Assembly (NCBI GenBank): GCA_010356995.1
Contig: ML996698.1
Location: 555,923-619,922, forward strand
Reading direction: 5' to 3'
From: Trichodelitschia bisporula
Lineage: Eukaryota
Length of the DNA: 64,000 bases
The translations under genes and the position numbers were made by a program. Position 1 is the first letter of the stretch. Each line of letters starts with the position of its first letter. This document shows, piece by piece, positions 1 to 11,229 of the stretch. The notes beneath the pieces were generated by a model. It did not search any database. It worked only from the letters and a program-made list of their open reading frames with translations, and was not told the origin of the DNA.

Positions 1-2352
1 GGCGGAAAAACAGCACCGCCACTAATCGCCGCCGCCAGCAGGGCACTTCCATCCTTCGTCCACCGCCCCAAGCCCCGCAAACTCGTCGCGTACAGGATGC
101 TGAAGATCGGGCCCTCGGCCGCGTAGAGTAGCATGAGCACGACCTCGGTCTGCGGCCCCCGGGGCCGCGTCGCGAGGATAGAGAGGACGAGCAGCGCGGC
201 GTAGGACGCGAATAGTACGTATCGTGGCTTGACAAGTGTGCATAGCGCGGCGGCGATGAAGCGGCCCCCCGTGAACACGCTGTGTCCGATGACGCCCGTG
301 TCGGACTTTTCGCCGCGCTGGGTCCGCGGGCCGAGAAGATACGCGATGCCCGAGACCGAGACGCTCTCCTGCGCGCCGAGGTAGCAGAACTGCGCGATTA
401 CGCCGAGAGCAAGCGTAACGAAGACGACGCGCGTGCGGTAGCCGCCCGGGAGAGTAATTCGCGCGAGATGGGCGTCGTCAGAGCGCGCGGAGAAGGCCTC
501 GAGCTCGGCGTCCGTGGCTTCGGGTAGCGGGATATAGTAGTACAGCACAGCGAGGAGGACGACGATCAGTGCGATGCCGAGGTATGTCCACTGGACGTCG
601 ACGAGGGAGGCGGTGTGCGGCTCCGCGGCGCGGAAGAGGACCTTTTGCGCGAGGAGGGGCGAGACCACGGAGCCGATTGCTTGGACGGCTTGAGCGAGTT
701 GCAGCCGGGCTTCCATGTAGCGTGGCGGTCCGCAGAGGGCGACGAAGGGGTTGGCGGCGATTTCGAGGGAGGAGAGACCGAGACCGACGATGAAGTTGCT
801 GACTACGAAGGCGGGAAAGGAGGTTAGGACTGCCGAGGGCCAGAAGATTAGCACGCCGCAGGCGTAGATGCAGAGCCCGATGATGAAACACGCCTTGAAG
901 CCCCAGCGCTTGAAAACCAGCCGACCAAAGGACAGCGTGCCGGCGAAGTAAGCCGAAAAATAGGCTGAGTGGATCCCTAGTTTCTGTGCTGTGCCCATTT
1001 CCACTTTGCGCTGGAACTGCAAGTTTATCGCGTCGAGAAAGCCGTACGCAATTCCCCAGATGAAGAAGAGGATGGTGACACAGAGGTTTGGTAGTAGGCA
1101 TTCGCGCGCACTGAGCCCAATAATGCACTTCCGCCGCGGACTGATGTCCACAAAATCAAAGAATCGTTGCGGCGAGGAGCGCGATGGGGCGATATGGCTG
1201 CCACCTGTGCGCGTGCGTGCCAGCATATCCGGCGTCGTTAAGAAGTCAATCATGTCGACGGGCTCTTCTTCGACGGGCTCTTCGTCGGAGCGCTCCGCAT
1301 CGGCCTCAGTGGCCACGACGGGCCGCTTCGGCAGCTCCAGAGCGCGAGGCACTCCTGGTTGTGCATCTTGCGTAGTGACTTTCTCGCTCTCTCGCTGTGA
1401 GGAGTTTCCCGGATCGCGGAGGATGCGCGGCATGAAACGAGATACCAGTGGTTTCAATCCTGGGACGCAGGCGCACATGATGCCGACATTGACCTCGATG
1501 GCGGACCACATGTAACTCAGGGAAGCGTACCAAGCAACGTCGGTCTTGTTTCGTACGTCGGTGGCCAACTCTGGGTCTTTGCTCTGCATGTCCAAGCGGG
1601 CCGTAAGTGCTTCTTGCAGGTACGCGATGCGAATAACGTCGACAACCGCAACAAAGAAGCCGAAGCCGAAGGTAATGACAAGAATCGTTTTTTGCTTCTT
1701 GGGTAGCCGCATGCCGGTTAAAATCGGCATGGGTAAGAACAAGATGGCGAGGTCGGTGATGATGTTGACAGGTGCCGAAGATAAATACAATGTCACGATG
1801 TCCTGGCAGCGGTCCGTTTCCAGGACAGGTGTGGCAAAGGCGGCGCCCACTGGACGACACTGAAAGATGTTGAGGAAGGTGAGCGCCAGACCGGCGGCGT
1901 TGACAACCATCAGAGTTACGAGCGTGGCCCATCTGAAGATCTTTTCCGACTTGGACAAAGTCAAGTAAAAGAGGAGGATGGAGGTTTTGGTGGCCATGAG
2001 GGCCGGGTTCTGACGGGTCAGCCTGCCTTGATCGTACACGTTCAAGAATACCTACATAGAGCACCGAGAACGCATACTCTGACTTCTTAAGCGGCGAATT
2101 CCAATCGTCAGGAATAGCTGCCTGATGCCGGCCCAGGCCGACGGACGTGCCATAGCAAATCGCGAAGGACAGTCCAAAAGCTATGCACCAGGCCAGAATC
2201 ATGAAGTAGTCATCAAGTGATACTCGACGCACAATCCCAAACTTGGACACCAGGCGCAGAACCACGAACAGAGTCGACAGCACCAGCATCACCGCCGTGA
2301 CTACCAGCACGGCGGGGCCGCGACTAGGTAGGTCCGGGTCCTGTGGATGCAT
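1..2352 (-). CDS. Pth11-like (fungal rhodopsin-domain) 7TM protein fused to a FucP/glucose-galactose-type MFS transporter; 3' end runs off the window
   Basis: ATG at 2352 (MHPQDPDLPSRGPAVLVV). One intron, 2055..2010 (GTAGGT..CTGAC..CAG). Exon 2 stays open from 2009 to base 1. Pth11 motifs: DDYFMILAW, GLGRHQ, KTSILLFYL, NIITDLAILFLPMP, WSAIEVNVGIMCACVPGLKP. MFS motifs: LFFIWGIAYGFLD, HSAYFSAY, LEIAANPFV, QFCYLGAQ, EGPIF. Confidence 0.9.
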
Positions 2353-4690
2353 GGAGATTTGGTGGTTTATGACGGTAACGCGGCGCGCGAGTGACACATT
2401 GCGGTCGAGAGTCCGCTGAGCGGCTACAGGACGGAGGATACGAGGTAAGAGAGCAGGCCAGATGGAGACATTACCAGTTCGAAGATGTGGCGACGATGTG
2501 GCGAAGAAATGAAGAGTTTGGAATCGCAACGCCTTGGAGAGGTCCTAGTGGACAACCCCACGGTCAAGATGGTGAGAGAAGATGGTTTCCAGGAGAGCAA
2601 AGTCGGTCCACGAGGCTAGAATTCGTAACACCATACGCAACAATTGGCGATACCAACGACAAAGCAGATGAGAAAGATGAACGATAGGCGATAGGCGAGG
2701 TGCCGGGCTGATGGGCCTCTAACTCTCATAAGGGACGCAACGACCATCAAATGGCCGACCGGGTGGCGCATTCAGGCATTAGACCATTCCTGCCGACCCC
2801 CCCAACCTGGCACTCCCAGTCTGGCACGGCCGGCTAGGAGAGTGTGGGGAAAACGGCAGGTTTGTCGCGGGCCAAACCCCGGGAAATGCCCTGGGTTGGT
2901 GCTGGATAGACCGCGGCAAAAGGCGAGAAGTTGGGTGTGGATGGGGGTGGGCAGTAAGCGGCCGTGAGCGGGCAGGATGCGCTCCGCCAGACCACCCATA
3001 TCCTCCTCCCCAGTGCTCCCCCTCAACAGTCCATCCAGCTGGTCAATAGCAGTGCCAGAAACAAATTGCCCTGATTCCCTTTCTTGTCCATCACAGCCCT
3101 CATCCCATGGGCGTGGGCCGACCGCAACTCCTGTGCATAGCTATCACCTTCCCTCCTCTCTCTAACCTCCCCCTCCCATCCTGTCCCGTCCCCCTCGTCC
3201 TTCTCTTCCTGCTCTGAACTGGCCAGGTGTTCGCGATGCCCTTTCATCAAGCCCACGTCTGCATATGAACGTGCGCCCCGGGGGCACTCAATATACCCGC
3301 AACGCCATCCTAGCGCATCATCATGCAACGCTCGCAGAGAGGAGCAGTGATTCCGGGAAATCCAGTAAAGGAAAGGAAGAAGACGTGAAGCAGTCCAGGA
3401 TAACAAGGTTGGACCGGCACACTCGTAGCCAGCTGAAGAGTGCTAGTGGTCGTGTACCCTTCCCCTTCTCATCTCCTCACGAGCCGTCCGTTAATCCCAA
3501 GCCGCTTCCTACAGCTCCTCTGCACCCTACTATCCCTCCACTGCCCTGGTTCAGAGTGCGGTACCCTTACCGTGCCGACCTGGTTAACCCCCATGTTGCT
3601 CATATATTGAGCGGGAATGATGCTTCAAGCCACGCGCACGTTGGCCGAGGAGCTGTCTGCGCTTCACGGCGCATTGTCCTCGCGACCAGAATCCTGAAGC
3701 CCTGAGCCCAACGAAAATAGGAATGTCAACCCTCAAGCCGCGAGATGGCGTGGTGGATGCGCCACATGCCGGCCGGTGAGGGTGTGCGTGGAGAAGATGG
3801 AGGAGGAGGTGAGGTCGCCGAGTGGTCCATCGTGAGACGGAAGTGCGGGGTCAGCCGAAGGGACCACAAGGGATCGAGTGGCGCAAGCCGCTGTGTGGAG
3901 AAGCAGCCAGAAACTCGTGACCCAACGAAATGTGACCGACCAAACGCTCGTGAACCTCGCAAACCCTCGCAAAACACCCAACCCCAAGAATGTCCAAACT
4001 CTCCCGCCTCTAACCGAATAAACCACCACTCGCGGTTCACCAATCCCTCCGACCAACATCTCAGGTTGCAGCAGATAGCCCATCCACTCCTCCAGCTCCG
4101 TCAAATGCTCTCCTGCATACCCCATCGATCAGTGCAGACATGCATATATATTACCTCGCTCCAGGCCCCATCGCGGGATACCCTCGTGAGCCATGTGCCA
4201 TCACCGCTACTCCGCCCCCATAGCCACTGACTCGACCTGGTAACGACGATGAGAGACGGCAGATATGCGCTAGTTCCACGACGTCGTGTCCGCCGAGAGG
4301 GCGAAATGAACCCCATCACCGGCTCGGTCGTCGGCTTGGCCGGGTGCAGGCACATTGGAGACGGCGAGAGGGGGTCGGCACAATCTCGCAATGCCGGCAT
4401 GAAGTACGTAAATGGCTCCCAAGGAGCGGACCGGCAGCACGCAAATTGATCTGCCAAGCGGCTCAACTGAGACACAACTGGACGGAAGAACACGGGCTCA
4501 CGGGACGCTCGAGGGCGCAACCTGGCAACGGCTCAGCATGAATAGATTAAACAACTACCTTATACTTCTGACCCCGCACGCTACCATCCCGTTCGCCACA
4601 TAAATGCTTCGACTCCCGAGCCCAGCCCTTGGTTTATTCCTCCTGCTCAGCACCTTCGTGGTGTATACGGTATCGAAACTAGCACTGCGC

Positions 4691-5401
4691 TTACAACAGC
4701 CCCACCATGGCGAGCGCAACGCCCACGAGTCCGCTCGCCGGGACGAGGAGACTCGGCGCCGCGTTGCCAGTTTTGCTGGCGCTCGCACCGGACGCCGTCT
4801 TGCTCCCACTCACAGCAGCCTCGGTCGGGGCGGCAGTCGTCGAGGCCTTGGTGGCGGCGGAGGTGACCGTGGTCTTGCCGGTCGCAGTGGCGGCGGACTG
4901 GGCAGAAGCCCTACACTTATTAGACGCGAGCATATATTTAGGTAGAAGTAGACTTACTGCGAGGCGGCGGCGCACCAGGCCTGAGCCTGCTGTTGCGCAG
5001 ACGGCTGGTTCGGATCTTGGGGGCAGTTGTTATAACAGCTGTCAGTCGCATTAGCCGTGCCTCCGATATGCCCCATGGTATTCCGTCCCTGGCTCCCAGC
5101 CGGGTCCCGAGCTCGGCATCCCGTCGTATCCGTGCAGGTAGTACTCACGTCAGGACAGCGTTCTGCGCGTCACACATGCACCTCCAGTCGTTGGCCGGGC
5201 AGGCATCGAGCTGGATCTTGGTGGTGGCAAGGCAGGCCTCGACAATGCTAAAGATGTTAGCTTTAGGCTTGAATGTCGAGATATGATGACGTACTTCTGA
5301 GCGTCGCAAGAGGACGATGTCTTAGCAGCAGCGGGAGTGGTGGTGGTCTGCGCAGCGGCCAGGCCAGCGGCGGCCAGAATGGCGATGACGGAGAAACGCA
5401 T
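4691..5401 (-). CDS. Small secreted, GPI-anchored Ser/Thr-rich protein with an 8-Cys (CFEM-like) domain
   Basis: Signal peptide MRFSVIAILAAAGLAAA. Three canonical introns. Spliced Cys core CDAQNIVEACLATTKIQLDACPANDWRCMCDAQNAVLTCYNNCPQDP..WCAAAS, then an A/T/S-rich linker and a hydrophobic GPI tail (GNAAPSLLVPASGLVGVALAMVGLL*). Confidence 0.85.
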
Positions 5402-7032
5402 CTTTGGCTGTGGGTTGGGGGAGGAATGAATTGATATTAGGATGACTTAAAGGTGGTAAAGACCCAGAACGAGTGGATGGGCTAAGGCGATGGATATGCA
5501 AAGTAGCGGAACGATGTCTCACGAACACCTAAGAAAGGGGGCATCGGATTTATACGCTGGCGTTTTCCCCGGTTCCCGTGCAGTCACACTGCTCTGTGCT
5601 GAACGGTGCCGCGAGCCACTGTGCCACTTCAAGCCATGGCTCATGGAGAGAAAGTGGAGCTGGTGGGCCGTGCTGTGATTCGATTCATTCCGACTCGGAA
5701 CGAAGAGGTGTGGGCATCGGACGCGTCCTCAACCCTAGAAGAGTCCCAAACAACAGAATACCACAGCAGCATTGCATAAAGTCCTCGTACGCCGCTGCGG
5801 TATCCTACAGCTGTACTCCGATTGCTCCTATGCTCCACACCACGATGCATTGTGCACCCCAAGTTCCGCTCCGTTCGATGGCCAAAGAGGACAGCTCCAT
5901 CCCAATCATCACCTTTCCTGATTTGGAGTTAGGCGGCGCCCCACAACTTCAAGCTTTAAGCCGCACGTCCCACTGCGTGAGAATCGGGGTTTTACGGAGT
6001 AGTTATTGGTCAGTGAATTGCTTCCCCCCGTTTCCATGCCGCCAACCAGCCCGCATTCAGCCCCGCACGGGCCGAGACACGGCGCGATGCCAGGGATGTG
6101 GTTTGTCAAGCGCGGTCGGTCCCCGGATTTGTTTGCATCGGGCGTGATCGTGATGCTGCGCGGTTGGGGAGACGGGTCGTCGCCATGCGCTGGTGAGGGG
6201 CGTAGTGGCATGGAGTTTCCACTCTTAGATCGTGATGTATGGGTGCTGGATGAGTGGATAGAGAGGAAGCGGAGACCTTATGGAGGTGGGTTGCCTCCAA
6301 TAATACGAAGGTTCTACGTAAGCGATTCTTGAGCATGGTCGTGGCGTTCTACGAACATCTCAATACGTGGGGAGATGGCGCTGTCGATCGACCAATGATG
6401 AGCGAAACGGATATTGAAGACATTCTCATCAATACACTTGTCGATTGATGCTGGAGCAGACATTCTCCTTGGAGCTGCGCGTACACTTCTCTCGTCGGAC
6501 TTGAGCACAATAGACAGCAGCCAACAGCGTGGTCATGCTAACAAAGTTGGAGGGGATCGAAGAAAGTTTAGTGGGAGGCTACCTTTCTTCCAGGGTTCAA
6601 GAGTCGAGAACTTGGACTGATATGGTGAGACGGCCAGACCACTACGGATCCTTTCCATATGAAAGAGCTATGCTTCCAAGTGACTGAAAATCACCGAGTG
6701 TCCACATTGATATCTGCTTCAAGTAGGTCAGCCCCGATGTCAAGGTAAAAGAGAGCTCTCGATGGATTGTATCGCAACAGTATGTGGTTTACAATTGCAA
6801 GCCTACATTTCACCCTGTTGCGGGGAATGGGATCATCATAGCGGGGTCGTGATACCGAAGTTGTTGATGCCTTATCGTTGCCTCAATTCCTGATCTCGGC
6901 CTCGATGCCTGCCCACATCTGCCAAGACTTTGCACTGCCAAGCGCACAACCGAGCCGCCCAACCTCAATTTCACCCTGCGAAATCCTACAGCTTGCAACC
7001 GACAACCCACGGCCACTCGCAAAATTCGACCC

Positions 7033-7077
7033 GTAAGTCGAAGTCCTCACCATACGGACAGCCTCTAATCACTACAG
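7033..7077 (+). other. Probable 5'-UTR intron of RPL31
   Basis: GTAAGT donor at 7033, CTAAT branch site, CAG acceptor at 7077, 3 nt before the ATG. Confidence 0.7.
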
Positions 7078-7080
7078 AAA

Positions 7081-7615
7081 ATGCCGAACGCGACCAAGAC
7101 CAAGCCCGCCGCTGGCAAGCGCAGCGCCATCGCCGATGTGGTCGCGCGTGAATATACCATCCACCTACACAAGCGTGTACGTGCCTTCCACCGTTCAGTT
7201 TTGTGAAGTCCATCAATGGTGGCCTGCATGTGCGGGCGGCATTGGACGGAAGACTGATTCGATTGGCATACAGGTCCACGGCGTGAGCTTCAAGAAGCGG
7301 GCGCCCCGCGCTATCAAGGAGATCCGCGCGTTCGCTGAGAAGGCTATGGTACGTTGCTCTCGACGAGTCTGTAGTGTATTGCAGTACGAATACTGATTTG
7401 TTTTTAAGGGCACCAAGGACGTGCGCCTCGACCCGCAGCTGAACAAGAAGGTCTGGGAGGCTGGTATCAAGGGCGTTCCCTTCCGTCTGCGCGTCCGCAT
7501 CTCGCGCAAGCGTAACGACGAGGAGTCGGCCAAGGAGCGCCTCTACAGCTACGTCCAGGCGGTCAACGTCAAGAACCCTAAGGGTCTGCAGACGGCTGTT
7601 GTTGAGGATGCTTAG
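7081..7615 (+). CDS. RPL31: 60S ribosomal protein L31 (eL31)
   Basis: Two introns. Spliced product [96 protein letters not shown]. Confidence 0.97.
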
Positions 7616-8468
7616 ATGGGTGGATGATTTGTCTCGTTGGCGTCAATGGTCGGGGCGTGCGATGATATGTATACCGCATACCAGGGTTCCAATTCCATGA
7701 TACCATACAAGACAACAATCTCTGATGCTGTGATGTGCTTGTCGCTTTGCTTGGATGCCATATTCAAAGACTTTAATGGCGTCGGCGATGGCCATGCAGG
7801 GCCCACAGGCTTTCACTACTTGTCCCAGGGTTAGGCTTTCGAGATTACAATGTTCATACAGTTGCACTTGGCCCTTACATGCGAGTCACTCATGTTAGTT
7901 AAGAAGCAGACATTATTGCATTCCATTCTCAACTAGCGAATACTAGTCGATAGGCCGCTTCATTGGAGACAATGTTCTTCATCCAGTAAGGAGGATGTGG
8001 CAGGCTGCTTGATAGTAGACGACGCTCCTGTCCACTTCTGCCGACATATCGCACCACCTTGGTCGTACTCTTCCTTAACCACATGTCAAAAACACCAGAC
8101 CCTCCATTCGACGGCTCAACTGGCCTTTGGATGTTCGCCACCCCGGTGTACCAGTCGGAGCACTGTCGTCAGTCTCCTCATGAGCTTGAGAAGCTGTCCG
8201 GAGAACGTGCGGAACGTGCGGAGTCGAGGTGGGCGCGCTTGGAGCCTGTTGATATGCGACTTTGAAGCTGACAGAGACTTCCTCCTGCCCGCTCGAGCCG
8301 GGAAAGTCAAAGGAGCCACAGGATAACTCCCTAAAGAGCTTCGGAATGGGTATAGCGCATGACGAGAACCAATAAGCAGAGGTGCGTCAATGGGCGCCGA
8401 TGAGAATACTGACTGGCCATCAGAGTGCAGTTTGACGTGGCCGTGAAAGGGCGAGGCGAAAACTGAGG

Positions 8469-9103
8469 CTATATAGTAGTGGCACCGGCAGTCCATGCTT
8501 CGCCAATTCTCTTGACTTCCTTGATAAAGCCAGGGCTGTTGATTTGATCGGACGAGATCTTTTGATCAACGCCTGCTTTCAGGGCTGAGGCTTCGACAGG
8601 ATTAAAGAAGGGGTTTCGCATGAGGTTTATGTAGGCGGTTTGCAAGGCTCGAAACGCCTATGCAGTTAGTATCGCGACTGTATATCGAACTGCGCTCGAC
8701 GGCGAAGAAACCTACAGGCTTCAGGTCTGCGTCTCGGATTCCCACCGCCGAGCTCACTTTTGCATCTCCAGAAGCAGCGAGCCGTCCTTCCATGTCCACG
8801 ACTATGATGAACTTGATCCCCGTATTGGTGAGCCAGCCATACATAGCAAGCCGCTCATCGACTGCCTGAAGAAGCCCAAAGTCCTGATCGGCAGTTTTCA
8901 GCGGCATTCGCATTTCGAAGATGTCGAGACATGATGAGAGCAAGAAGGAGAACTCCAGGGAATCGCGCTCTTTTGGTGGGAAAAGCGAGATATGCAGTGG
9001 ATTATTCTGCCGGCAATCAGCCTTACTTCGGGTCGCCAAATGGTGCACGTACGTGTTTGCCGATCACGCCAATGCAAGCTATGGAAGGCACGCGAGTAGC
9101 CAT
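8469..9103 (-). CDS. Sedlin-family TRAPP subunit (TRAPPC2L/Tca17-like)
   Basis: Three exons: MATRVPSIACIGVIGKH|NNPLHISLF..SSCLDIFE..DFGLLQAVDERLAMYGWLTNTGIKFIIVVD..|AFRALQTAYINLMRNPFFNP..FIKEVKRIGEAW. Confidence 0.88.
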
Positions 9104-9390
9104 GACAGCACACAACCCTTCAAAAATCGGCACTGCTGCTCTAGCAGACGGTTTGGATGGCGTAGGAGTTTCTTGTCGAGAAGTTCTGGGTGCATACTCT
9201 CTCATCCCTTAGCCTCCCCATCACATGTCGTCGAGTGCCGGAGGAACATCGGTCCGGGACTCAACTCTCCCGTCGCATCCTTGGTCATCCTCCACATCAC
9301 GGTGACAGAGGCAGTCGCCACAACCTCCATCTTTCCCTCACCCCCTCCAATTCTCCTCCATCCGAGCGCCCCACGTCGTAGAGCGCAAAT

Positions 9391-10186
9391 ATGCTCGCGA
9401 CATCACGGTCCACCGCCGCAATGGCGCTGCGCGGTACGTAACCGTACTTGGAATTGCCATCTTCCGCTAATTGGACATCCATAGCCAAACCTTCGACCGC
9501 CCTTCTCCCCGTCCGCGCTGGTTCAGCTGCGTGGATATCTACCTCTCCGTCAAAACCTGCACAGACGGGAAACGTCGGTCTTGTATCACACAACCCCTCA
9601 CCTTCGTTGGCCGCTGCAAAGGCCCGCCATGAGGTTCCGCTGCCGAGCCAGGAAGGAACAAAGGGCGCCCTTCAATACGCACTGTACGCGTGCCGCATGC
9701 CATTCAGTAGACTAAAAGGCGGCTGACGAGTCTAGCACGACCCTCGATCAAATCACCAACTGGGCTCGGCAGGGCTCCTTGTGGCCGATGACGTTCGGTC
9801 TGGCATGCTGCGCCGTCGAGATGATGCACCTGTCCACACCACGCTACGATCAAGATCGTCTCGGTATCATTTTCCGTGCATCTCCTCGGCAGTCCGATGT
9901 CATGATCGTGGCCGGTACATTGACGAACAAGATGGCTCCCGCTCTCCGCCAGGTGTACGACCAGATGCCCGATCCGCGCTGGGTGATCTCCATGGGCAGC
10001 TGCGCCAACGGTGGCGGCTACTACCACTACAGCTACTCCGTGACGCGTGGCTGTGACCGCATTGTGCCGGTGGACGTGTATGTTCCCGGATGCCCACCCA
10101 CGTCGGAGGCGCTTATGTACGGCATTTTCCAGCTGCAGAAGAAGATGCGTAACACGAAGATCACGCGGCAGTGGTACAGGAAGTAA
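9391..10186 (+). CDS. NDUFS7: Mitochondrial complex I Fe-S subunit PSST (NDUFS7/NuoB family)
   Basis: Arg/Ser/Ala-rich presequence and two introns. Motifs [50 protein letters not shown]. Confidence 0.97.
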
Positions 10187-11229
10187 ACTGGCGGACGTGG
10201 ATGGCATGAAGAGGTCGTGGAATGTACATAGTGAGAACCCCCTTGAGCTGGTTGAGTGGAGGCATTACTCCAAACTCCATGAGCTCCAAAGTGTTATATC
10301 CAGCATCGGATTTTGTCGCGATGAATCCTTCCTCGTTACATGCTGGCGTAGTGAGGCAATGCGCTTGCAGCGGAGTCCAGAGCATTCCATACAGTACCTG
10401 CAATGCGCGTTGCTTTATCGTAGCGCCTTGCAGTAGGGCGTACTCGTACCATTGACTCAGTCCCCAAAGTTTATTATGTACTTTGACGTCTTGTACTTTG
10501 CGGACCCGGTAACGCTTGCAACCCCTGCGCTTAGCATTGTGGGGCCTGTGATAGGCCCCGCCTCACTACATGGCAAAGAAAATAGTAACTATGCACACCA
10601 GTCAGTTACTACAGGAATTGTGGAGTAGCCAGATATGAGAAGCTTGAATGGTTGAAGCTGGTACCAAAATATTTAGCGGCGGCTGGCGCAGTTGGGGCTG
10701 ACACCGAGGCGTGCTGCGAGATGTGAAACAAAGTGGTGCATCCTTGTCAGGCGGCGTGCACATCGTATTGCTGTGCGAGAGGGACACCTCTCCGGAATAT
10801 GTTCAGATCCCCCCCCATCCCAATCCAACACATTTACCATCTTCCCGTTTGCACGAATCTGTACTTAATAGTCGAAGCGATCACGCGTTGCCATTGTTGC
10901 CCTTGTTGCCCTTGTTGCGGTAATTCTATCCGTCGCGTCCCCGGCGCGTTGACTTGCGGCTGCTAAAGGGTAACAATAGAAGGAAGTCCCCCTCAACTCC
11001 ACTCTGCAACCGTTAGACGCTCGCAACAGCAACACAACACCGTGTACCCTCTCTAAAGCTCGACCGCGGTCCCTCTTCTTATCTGCATTCATATACAATT
11101 GGTGCAGCGACTGCATTCGAATCCACATCATCAGAAAGGCGGAGCGTGCGCCCATGCGATAGCACTCCCGGCTTCTCGTCGCCGCCGCAGGCTTTGCACC
11201 TCATCGGCTTTGTGCCTTCGTTCGCCGTC

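Noticed and set aside
8059..8265. Small plus-strand ORF between RPL31 and the sedlin gene
   Set aside because: No recognisable motif or splice support.
10887..10918. TTGCCCTTG 9-mer tandem repeat upstream of KEX1
   Set aside because: Only about three degenerate copies; ordinary slippage, with no spacers and not CRISPR-like.
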